From the NCBI RefSeq assembly GCF_020421205.1, contig NZ_JAIZZH010000001.1:889691-913690 (forward strand): a DNA stretch of 24,000 nt, given 5' to 3'. Shown here one piece after another: positions 1 through 6,806 of this stretch (its first letter is position 1; every line of letters begins with the position of its first letter). Below the pieces are notes generated by a model. That model was not told where the DNA came from. It did no database searches and saw only the letters and a program-made list of their open reading frames with translations. Origin of the DNA: Hymenobacter pini. Its GTDB lineage: Bacteria > Bacteroidota > Bacteroidia > Cytophagales > Hymenobacteraceae. The position numbers and the translations under genes were made by a program.

Positions 1-467
1 GCTACTGCCAGCACCCGAACCGCCGGACGGGCGGCGGGCAGCTGCCCGGTATCGGCCGTGAGGGTGGCGGGTGTGAGCGGCAGCAGCAGGGCCTTTTCCG
101 CCTTCAGCTTCACCAGGGCACCCTTGGCCGCGCGCACTTGGAAGTAATGAATGGGGCGGCGACCCTGCGCGGGCCTGGGCTCAGAAGGCGCAGGCAGCAC
201 CGTGAAACCGGCAAAATCCGGCCGGAGTGGTTCCAGCTGAAACCGCAGCGGAAACAGAAAGTCAGGCAGGGCCCAGGCGGCAGCGGGGTCGTTCAGGTCG
301 CGCAGAATGGCCAGGCCGTTGGCCGTGGGCTTCACCCAGAGGCCGGCCCGTTGCAGGTGGCGGGTCGTGGCGGCGGTGGGCGTAATCCGGACGGCCGGCG
401 TATCCGGGGCTTGGAAATAGTCGTGCCGCTGCTCTATTGCGCACAGGAGTTGGTAGGTCTGGCGCAT
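1..467 (-). CDS. Hypothetical protein, 5' part only; the gene continues beyond the left edge. It is the second gene of a putative eCIS/phage-tail-like operon.
   Basis: This frame is absent from the ORF track because it has no stop inside the window. I translated it by hand from the ATG at 467..465: MRQTYQLLCAIEQRHDYFQAPDTPAVRITPTAATTRHLQRAGLWVKPTANGLAILRDL... No TTA, CTA or TCA occurs in this frame down to position 1. Third codon positions are GC-rich. The start lies 2 nt after the TAG of the upstream DUF4255 gene. I recognise no family. Confidence 0.6.
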   Translation of the reverse strand, partial: MRQTYQLLCAIEQRHDYFQAPDTPAVRITPTAATTRHLQRAGLWVKPTANGLAILRDLNDPAAAWALPDFLFPLRFQLEPLRPDFAGFTVLPAPSEPRPAQGRRPIHYFQVRAAKGALVKLKAEKALLLPLTPATLTADTGQLPAARPAVRVLAV

Positions 468-469
468 GG

Positions 470-1051
470 CTAGCCGGCGTACTGGTCAATGGCCCCGATG
501 CCCGGCAGCGTGGCTCCGTCGGCATCATCCTGTAGCGTCAGCATCCGCACTTTATAGAGCACGCCCGGCAGATATTTGCTGCCCAGCATTCCCCACAGCT
601 GACTCCATTCGTGGGTAGTGGCAGTTTCCAGCTCCACCAGAACCTTTTCCAGGCGACGGTCCAGCGTGGGGGTATTTTGGGCCGTGAGCACGTTTTTGCG
701 CTGAAAGAAGGTAAGACCCGCCCCTAAAAACTTCAGCGCCTCAGAGTAGTCGCTGAAATTGGCTGCCAGCAACACGCGCAGGTTCAGCCGGATGGCCGGA
801 TTGCTGCGGGCATACTCGGGCCCATTCGTGCCGGGAGTAGCCCGGCCGGCCGGCCCATTCCGCAGGGTGGTTTCCTGCTCCAGATTTACCAGCGTAATAC
901 ACAGGCGGTTGAGCGTTGTCGGTAGCGAATTGCCATCGGGCCCGGTGTAGGGCGTCAGGAGGGCGCGGTCCTGGTTATCGGTCAGGTGGAAAACCTGGTT
1001 GAGGTAGGAGTTCAACTCGTCGGTGAGAGCCTGCAGAGCCTGCTGAATCAT
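470..1051 (-). CDS. DUF4255 / Pvc16 N-terminal-domain protein, the type found in extracellular contractile injection system and phage-tail-like clusters
   Basis: Start taken at the internal ATG 1051..1049 (MIQQALQALTDELNSYLNQVF...). The N-terminal pattern MIxxALxxLxxxLNxYL, followed about 60 aa later by ITLVNLEQETTLRN, matches my recollection of Pvc16_N/DUF4255 proteins. This has not been confirmed by HMM. Confidence 0.7.
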   Translation of the reverse strand: MIQQALQALTDELNSYLNQVFHLTDNQDRALLTPYTGPDGNSLPTTLNRLCITLVNLEQETTLRNGPAGRATPGTNGPEYARSNPAIRLNLRVLLAANFSDYSEALKFLGAGLTFFQRKNVLTAQNTPTLDRRLEKVLVELETATTHEWSQLWGMLGSKYLPGVLYKVRMLTLQDDADGATLPGIGAIDQYAG

Positions 1052-1600
1052 AGCGTAATAGGAGCGGGTTCTTCGGAGCGGCGGCACACAGCGGTGCCGG
1101 CCAACGGCCCGAAAAGGCGCGGTCAGATAATACCAGTAAAAAAGTGTAACAGTTAGGGCCGGTCAGCCGTAGCAGGAAGCCGAAGTGCCTGAGGACGTTG
1201 TCCGCCAACCGTTGACGCGGTTCGTAATCCGGCCTGAGCAGGGCCAGAAAGGAAGTAAAGAATACGCATAGAAAAGCTATTGCGGACGCCGGCTGGTTGT
1301 AGCCCGGCAAGCCAGTGAGAGAACAGGTTTCCGTACCCTTTGCACAAGCAGGGGCTACGGAATAAGTAGCCGGTAGGCTACACTGGACGCAATAGGAGAA
1401 TAGAAGGGCGAGGAAATTACTTGCGCACAGACTTACATCAATGCGCCGCCAATAATAAGGATTTTACACGCAGAGTTATGTGTAAAGCAATTGTATCTTT
1501 CTAATATTGTATGGCTTTTACAAGAAGTGTGGCGCACACGTCCGCAATTAGTTGCAGATGCAGCTAAATCAAAGGAGATGGTGTTGTGCCCGCAGCATAA

Positions 1601-1679
1601 AATACCAGGTTATCCACCACGCAACAGCCCGACGGTACTAGCTACCGCCGGGCTGTTGCGTGGTGGATAACCTGGTATT
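1601..1679. repeat. Perfect 31-bp inverted repeat forming a long hairpin; probable terminator or REP-like element
   Basis: AATACCAGGTTATCCACCACGCAACAGCCCG (1601-1631) is the exact reverse complement of 1649-1679. The 17-nt spacer can add a further 5 bp (CGGTA 1633-1637 with TACCG 1643-1647). The element ends 2 nt before the stop codon of the M28 peptidase gene. Confidence 0.85.
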
Positions 1680-1681
1680 GA

Positions 1682-3040
1682 CTACCGCACTGGCTTGGGA
1701 ATAATGGGCAAGCTCTCGTGGCCTTCAGCATCTACGCTTACCACCCCAAAGATGTAGTTGTCCTTGCTATGGGGCAGGTCGGCTTTGAGGTCGGTTACGA
1801 AGAACTTCTGCTGCCACTCAGGGGCGCTGGTTTCGCGCATGAGCACGTAATAGCCGGCCGGCCGCTCGCCGGTTTTAGGGGCTTCCCACTTGAGTTGGGT
1901 GCGGTTGGTGAGCTCCGCCGTGAGTACGCCTACGTTTTCGGGGGCGGCGGGAGCCAAGGCCAGCGAGGCCAGGGTAGCCAGGTTTACGCCGGTGTTGCGG
2001 CGCAGATAGGCAAAGTCCATAAACTTGGCGTAGTCGCCGTACTCAGTACCATTTTCGGTGCGCAAATCCTGGTGCTGGTGGCGGAAATCCTCGTTCATCT
2101 CTGAGAAACGCACCGCCGTGAACCCCTGCTGGTTAAAAGGCGTGTGGTCGCCGCCGCGCAAAAACCGGTCGGGCCGGTACTCCAGCACTACCTCGTGGCC
2201 GGGCACGTACTGCTGGCAGGCTATGCGGGTGTAGCGGGCTAGCTGGCGGCTGGGTGAGTCGTTTTCTGAGGAAAGTGTGCGGCGTACTTTGGCTTCATCG
2301 GCGGTTTCGGTGGCGGGCACGCCCTCACTGAATACACGCAGGCGCTTGTCATCCTTGATTTCCGGGTCGTGGCCCGTAGAGCTGCCCATGATGTCGTTGT
2401 TGAGCATAGCCACCAAGTTCCAGCCCTCCTTTTTGGCCCGCTTGGCCAGGTGCGTGGAGCCGTAGAGGCCCTGCTCTTCGCCCTGCACTGCCACAAAAAT
2501 GATGGTAGCCGGAAACTGCTGCTGACTCATCACCCGGGCCAGCTCCATTACGGCCACCGTACCCGAGCCGTCGTCGTTGGCCCCGGGCGCATCGGCCGTG
2601 GCGTTCATCACATCCGTCACCCGCGAGTCGATGTGGCCGCTCACAATAAATACGCGCTTGTCGGTGGGGTCGGTGCCGGGCAGGGTGGCCATCACGTTGG
2701 CCATTACCACGGGCCGGTTGATGCGGCGGCCGTCAGGCTTGATGGTGAAGGTATCCTGCTCTACTTTCAGGCGGCCCCCGCTGGCTTTACTGTACTTCCG
2801 GAACTCGTCTTCCACCCAGTTGCGGGCCGCCCCAATACCGCGCTTTTTGCTCTTGGTGTCGCTCAGGGTATGGCGGGTGCCAAAGCTCACCAGCTTATCA
2901 ATATCCTCGCGCAGCCGCTGCTCCGATACGTCCTGTACCATGCGGGTGATGAGCGGATCGGGGGTGACGGTGGGCTTGGTTTGGGCGAAAACGGGCGCGG
3001 CTAGGCCCAGCGTGAAAAGTAGCGAAAGAGAACGGCGCAT
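1682..3040 (-). CDS. Secreted M28-family metallo-aminopeptidase with a C-terminal FN3-like domain
   Basis: Start at the internal ATG 3040..3038 gives the signal peptide MRRSLSLLFTLGLAAPVFAQ. M28 zinc-ligand motifs are present: SGHIDSR, GANDDGSGTVAVMELAR, VQGEEQGLYGS. The C-terminal roughly 90 aa look like a beta-sandwich (LKWEAP...YYVL...). Confidence 0.88.
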   Translation of the reverse strand: MRRSLSLLFTLGLAAPVFAQTKPTVTPDPLITRMVQDVSEQRLREDIDKLVSFGTRHTLSDTKSKKRGIGAARNWVEDEFRKYSKASGGRLKVEQDTFTIKPDGRRINRPVVMANVMATLPGTDPTDKRVFIVSGHIDSRVTDVMNATADAPGANDDGSGTVAVMELARVMSQQQFPATIIFVAVQGEEQGLYGSTHLAKRAKKEGWNLVAMLNNDIMGSSTGHDPEIKDDKRLRVFSEGVPATETADEAKVRRTLSSENDSPSRQLARYTRIACQQYVPGHEVVLEYRPDRFLRGGDHTPFNQQGFTAVRFSEMNEDFRHQHQDLRTENGTEYGDYAKFMDFAYLRRNTGVNLATLASLALAPAAPENVGVLTAELTNRTQLKWEAPKTGERPAGYYVLMRETSAPEWQQKFFVTDLKADLPHSKDNYIFGVVSVDAEGHESLPIIPKPVR

Positions 3041-3130
3041 AGGGTTTGGTTGAGTGCGGGATAGAGACGCAGATTTACGCCTGCGCGTTGCGGCCGTAAG
3101 GTAGCCAAGGGCCGAAGAAGTATCGAAGTT

Positions 3131-3224
3131 CAAGCACTGTCATTCCGGGTAAAGCCAGAAATCTGGGGATAGTTATTTGCCAAGAAACTCAGATTCCTCG
3201 CTTCACCCGGAATGACAGTGCTTG
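3131..3224. repeat. Imperfect hairpin repeat element of the GTCATTCCGGG...CCCGGAATGAC class, located downstream of the bio cluster
   Basis: CAAGCACTGTCATTCCGGGT (3131-3150) is the exact reverse complement of 3205-3224. The next 15 nt inward pair at 12 of 15 positions. The element lies between the KAS-like stop (3234) and the peptidase start (3040). Its core is related to the element at 8651-8735. Confidence 0.8.
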
Positions 3225-3233
3225 CAATGGATA

Positions 3234-4598
3234 TTAGTGTAATACAGACACCAGCGCGCTGGCCGCATTACCGCCAAACCCGGCAGCATTCACCAAAATG
3301 CGCCGGATAGGTTGCTTGGGATAAGAGGCCAAATCAGGGCCAACCGGAGGAGTAGGCCACTGCTGGGTTTCCAGTACGTGCAGGGCGAAATCCAGGCTCA
3401 GGGCCGCCGAGGCTCCCAGCGTGTGCCCCACCAGCCACTTGTTGGACAGCAACGGCGGAAGCTGTTCCCCGAACACGGCGCTTAGAGCCGCCCGCTCAGC
3501 CGCGTCGCCGGCCGGCGTACCGGGGCTGTGCAGGACCACGGCGTCTACCTCGGCGGGCTGCACGCCGGCCTGGCCAAGAGCCTGCCGGATGGCTTGCTGA
3601 AAGTGCTGCCCATCGGGCGAAAGGCCCGTTTTGCTGCCGATGGCCTCGAAGCCAAAGCCCACGCTTTCCAGCACCAGTAGCGGGTTGTCGAGGCGGATTT
3701 TCAGCAGATTGGCCCGGCTTACTTTCTCCAGGGCAAACACGGCGGCACCCTCACCCAGCACAAACGTGGACGGACGCCCCGCCCCAGGCCGGCAGGGCCA
3801 ATCGGCCGCCGCAAACGGCGAGTAGATGCCAATGGCCCGCATCTGGGCCAGCGTAAAATCGGTGAGCGGGGCCTCGGTACCGCCGGCCAGAAACCGGGTG
3901 GCCATGCCCGCCCGCAGCCACGCCGTGGCGTTGCCCAGGGCCTGAAATGCACTGCTGCAGGTGCTGGAATGGCTGAGCGCCGCGCCACCGGTACTGCCCG
4001 CATCAAACGCTACCCAGCTTGCCACGTTACCCAGGGTGGTAAGGGGCGAGGCCACGGCCGAAACGGTGCCTTCCGCCAGAAACTCCGCGTGAAATTCCTC
4101 CAGCCGCCCGGTGGCGCCCCGGCTACTGCCAATGCTCACCGCGAGTTGAGTTGCCGGTTGCCAGTTGTCAATTACCCGTTGTGAGGGGGGAGTTGCCGGT
4201 TGTCGGTTGTCGGTTGTCCCGAGAGACGCTGAGGCGGTACGGTCCTCTACAATTGGTACTTCGGGATGGGATGTATCAGCAACTGACGGCTCATAGCTGG
4301 CAACCGGCAACTGGCAACCGGCAACTAACCACTTGGCCTGGGCCGTGGCCTCACGGGCGGCCAGCAGCGCCAGCAGTACGGTGCGGTCGAGTTGACGGAA
4401 GGCAGGGTTGCTGCGGCGCACTTCAGCCAGCGCAGCTTCAGCGGCGGGCGGTAAAGCGGCTACGGGTACGCCCGTGCCGTGCGCTGTGAAGGGCGAGGCG
4501 TCCGCGTTGGCGGGCACTAGGCTGAAACCCAGCGACGATACCCGGCCCCGGCCCCGGATAACTATCAGTTCTTGCTCTGCGGACGCCAAGCTAATCAT
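3234..4598 (-). CDS. Beta-ketoacyl-(ACP) synthase I/II-like condensing enzyme, last gene of the biotin cluster
   Basis: Start taken at ATG 4598..4596 (MISLASAEQELIVIRGRG), which overlaps the bioA stop. KAS I/II catalytic motifs are retained: SSTCSSAFQAL (Cys), VLHSPGTPAGD (His), NKWLVGHTLGASAA (His), NAAGFGGNAASALV. An atypical low-complexity segment of about 60 aa is encoded at 4149-4326. Confidence 0.85.
   Translation of the reverse strand: MISLASAEQELIVIRGRGRVSSLGFSLVPANADASPFTAHGTGVPVAALPPAAEAALAEVRRSNPAFRQLDRTVLLALLAAREATAQAKWLVAGCQLPVASYEPSVADTSHPEVPIVEDRTASASLGTTDNRQPATPPSQRVIDNWQPATQLAVSIGSSRGATGRLEEFHAEFLAEGTVSAVASPLTTLGNVASWVAFDAGSTGGAALSHSSTCSSAFQALGNATAWLRAGMATRFLAGGTEAPLTDFTLAQMRAIGIYSPFAAADWPCRPGAGRPSTFVLGEGAAVFALEKVSRANLLKIRLDNPLLVLESVGFGFEAIGSKTGLSPDGQHFQQAIRQALGQAGVQPAEVDAVVLHSPGTPAGDAAERAALSAVFGEQLPPLLSNKWLVGHTLGASAALSLDFALHVLETQQWPTPPVGPDLASYPKQPIRRILVNAAGFGGNAASALVSVLH
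4149..4326. repeat. Intragenic palindromic repeat module with 19-bp perfect terminal inverted repeats and internal heptamer and 14-mer tandem repeats, kept in frame within the KAS-like gene
   Basis: AGTTGCCGGTTGCCAGTTG (4149-4167) is the exact reverse complement of CAACTGGCAACCGGCAACT (4308-4326). The 12-mer AGTTGCCGGTTG occurs forward at 4149 and 4191 and reverse-complemented at 4301 and 4315. CTGGCAACCGGCAA is tandemly duplicated at 4297-4310 and 4311-4324. GTCGGTT repeats occur at 4202-4215. Confidence 0.85.
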
Positions 4599-5922
4599 GC
4601 AGGTACTCGGGCAAAGTGGATTCCGGCGCAAAGTTCAGTACCAATTCGCGCATGCGGCGCAGCACGTCGTACAGCAGCTCCAACTCGGCGTTGGTGGTAC
4701 AATAGGGCGGCAGCAGGTACACTACGTTGCCCAGGGGGCGTAGTACTACGCCGCTGTCGATAGCCAGCTGGTAAAAGGCGTCGCGGAGGCGGCTGAAATA
4801 ACTGGTGCCCTCACCGGGGTCGTACTCCACGGCCAGAATGGTACCCCGGTGCCGCACGGCCCGGATGCCCGGCTGGCCTTCCAGCGCCTGCCGGAACGCA
4901 GCGTGGGCGGCCTCAATGCGCTGGCGCTGTTGGGTACACTCCTCGGCCCGCGTGAGCTCCAGACTGGCCAGGGCGGCGGCGCAGGCCACGGGGTTGGCCG
5001 TGTACGAATGGCCGTGGAACAGGGCCCGCATCTTATCCTGGCTAAGGAAGGCCTCGTAGATGGGGGCGGCGCAGGTGGTCAGGCCCATAGCCAGGGTGCC
5101 GCCCGTCAGGCCCTTGGAAAAGCACATGATATCGGGCTGCTCCGCCAGCAGAGAGCTGGCAAACAGCGGCCCGGTCCGGCCGAAGCCGGTCATCACCTCA
5201 TCGGAAATGCAGAGCACGCCGGCCTGGCGGCAGCGGCGCAGCATCTCGCTCAGCACCTCGGGCTCATACATCACCATGCCGGCCGTGCCCAGCACCAGCG
5301 GCTCGAAGATGAACCCGGCCACATCGGGGCGCTGCAGCAGGCTGTCCAGCTGAGCCAGGGTTTCTGCCTCCTGGCCCGGCACCGGTACCGGCAGAAACTC
5401 CACCTCAAACAGCAGGGGCCAGAAGGGTTCCGTGAAGGCCCCACGGGCACTTACGGCCATAGCCCCAAAGGTGTCGCCGTGGTAGGAGTTCTGAAAGCAC
5501 AGGAACGTGCGCCGCTCCGGCTGGCCCTGGTTGTGGAAGTACTGCAGCGCCATTTTCAGGGCCACTTCCACGGCCGTGGAGCCATTATCGGAGTAGAAAA
5601 CGCGGGCCTGGTTGGCCGGTAACAGGGCCAGCAGCTGCTCGGCCAATTCTACGGCCGTAGGGTGCGTGAAACCGGCAAACAGCACGTGCTCCAGGGTGCG
5701 CAGTTGCTCGCTCACGCGCCGGGCAATCTGCGGATGAGCGTGGCCGTGCAGATTCACCCACCACGAGGAAATACCGTCGAGGTAGCGGGTGCCGTCTTCG
5801 GCAATCAGCCAGCTGCCCTCACCGCGTACGATGGGCACGGGCAGCGGGGCAGTTTGCATTTGGGTGTAGGGGTGCCACAGCACGGCGTGGTCGCGCTGGG
5901 CCAGGGAAATAGGGTGGGGCAT
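4591..5922 (-). CDS. bioA: Adenosylmethionine-8-amino-7-oxononanoate aminotransferase
   Basis: 443 aa starting at ATG 5922. Class-III aminotransferase and BioA hallmarks are present: LWHPYTQM, DEVMTGFGRTG, and FSKGLTGG with the PLP lysine. The gene sits in a bio cluster. Confidence 0.93.
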   Translation of the reverse strand: MPHPISLAQRDHAVLWHPYTQMQTAPLPVPIVRGEGSWLIAEDGTRYLDGISSWWVNLHGHAHPQIARRVSEQLRTLEHVLFAGFTHPTAVELAEQLLALLPANQARVFYSDNGSTAVEVALKMALQYFHNQGQPERRTFLCFQNSYHGDTFGAMAVSARGAFTEPFWPLLFEVEFLPVPVPGQEAETLAQLDSLLQRPDVAGFIFEPLVLGTAGMVMYEPEVLSEMLRRCRQAGVLCISDEVMTGFGRTGPLFASSLLAEQPDIMCFSKGLTGGTLAMGLTTCAAPIYEAFLSQDKMRALFHGHSYTANPVACAAALASLELTRAEECTQQRQRIEAAHAAFRQALEGQPGIRAVRHRGTILAVEYDPGEGTSYFSRLRDAFYQLAIDSGVVLRPLGNVVYLLPPYCTTNAELELLYDVLRRMRELVLNFAPESTLPEYLHD

Positions 5923-5990
5923 TGTGAGGTGGGGCCGGAACTACCAGCCGGGACAAAGCTACAACCGGCCGCGCTAGTGGTGGTTTTCAG

Positions 5991-6039
5991 GCATCTTTCG
6001 TGCCCGGCGGTTGGTATATTCATCGGGCACCAAAGATGC
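5991..6039. other. Stem-loop in the bioD-bioA spacer
   Basis: GCATCTTTCGTGCCCG (5991-6006) pairs with CGGGCACCAAAGATGC (6024-6039) at 15 of 16 positions, with a 17-nt loop. It begins 4 nt after the bioD stop codon. No U-run follows on the minus strand. Confidence 0.5.
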
Positions 6040-6042
6040 TGC

Positions 6043-6663
6043 CTACAGCCCAAACCATACCCTGAAATCAGCGGCGTAGCGGCTTACTACGGCGGGAGTT
6101 ACCAGCGGCTCGGGTAGTACCCGGGGCATGACGGGCACGCCGGTGTGCTCCGCAATAAAGTTTTCGGTAGCCGGCGTGGGCTCCCCGTTGAACACGAGGC
6201 CGCGCACCCGCATCCCCCGCGCTTGCAAAGCTTCCAGCGTAAGCAGGGTGTGGTTGATGCTGCCCAAGTAATTCCGCGACACTACTACCACGTCCAGCGC
6301 AAACTGCTGCGCCAAATCGGCAATAAGGAAACCGGGGGCCAGCGGCACAAGTAGGCCGCCGGCGCCTTCTACCAGCAAATGATTGTCGGTAGCGGGCAAC
6401 TGAAAATCCTCGGGGCTCAGGGTTAGGCCCTCGGCGGCGGCCGCGGCGTGGGGCGAGGCCGGCAGCTGCAGCCGGTACCGCTCGGGCCAGAACCGGCTCA
6501 CGGGGTTCTGCACGAGGCTCCGCACGGTGGCTGCGTCGGTGGTGGGGGTGAGGCCGGCCTGCACGGGCTTCCAGTAATCGGCTAGCAGGGCTTCGGTGAT
6601 GATGGCCGAAACCAGGGTTTTTCCCACGTCGGTCCCAATGCCGGTGATAAAGAGTCGTTCCAA
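6043..6663 (-). CDS. bioD: Dethiobiotin synthase (ATP-dependent)
   Basis: 206 aa. The N-terminus (M)ERLFITGIGTDVGKT carries the BioD P-loop. The start codon is TTG at 6663..6661 and there is no in-frame ATG upstream. The gene sits in a bio cluster. Confidence 0.88.
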   Translation of the reverse strand: MERLFITGIGTDVGKTLVSAIITEALLADYWKPVQAGLTPTTDAATVRSLVQNPVSRFWPERYRLQLPASPHAAAAAEGLTLSPEDFQLPATDNHLLVEGAGGLLVPLAPGFLIADLAQQFALDVVVVSRNYLGSINHTLLTLEALQARGMRVRGLVFNGEPTPATENFIAEHTGVPVMPRVLPEPLVTPAVVSRYAADFRVWFGL

Positions 6664-6806
6664 GTCAGAAAAGGCTAAAATCTGGTTATCCGATGACTAA
6701 GACAGGTCCAGATGCTCGAAGTGAGCAGTAGAAATAGAAACGCCTGCCCATAAGTTTTATAGGTTTGCACGAAATCTCCGGTTCGGGGGCAACGCCGCTA
6801 CTCGCA

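Noticed and set aside
138-528. Track ORFs 138-473 (+) and 262-528 (-) at the left edge
   Set aside because: Both are Arg/Pro/Gly-rich shadow frames. The unlisted minus frame starting at ATG 467 is open to the window edge, has GC-rich third positions, and sits 2 nt after the upstream gene's stop. I annotated that frame instead.
975-1347. Track ORFs 975-1310 (-) and 1153-1347 (-) upstream of the DUF4255 gene
   Set aside because: The first overlaps the 5' end of the DUF4255 gene out of frame. Neither has domain-like sequence or a plausible start context. I treated the region as a non-coding leader.
4149-4326. Possible CRISPR-like or minisatellite array
   Set aside because: The repeat units are only 7-14 nt and have no unique spacers. 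The arrangement is palindromic rather than direct and lies inside an intact ORF. No cas genes are present in the window.
4849-5622. 257-aa plus-strand ORF inside bioA. Similar long antisense ORFs occur at 2369-3004, 7555-8187, 9112-9789 and 15579-16340.
   Set aside because: Each is antisense to a gene with strong family motifs (bioA, M28 peptidase, bioF, bioB, yebC). Their compositions are those of shadow frames in high-GC coding DNA.
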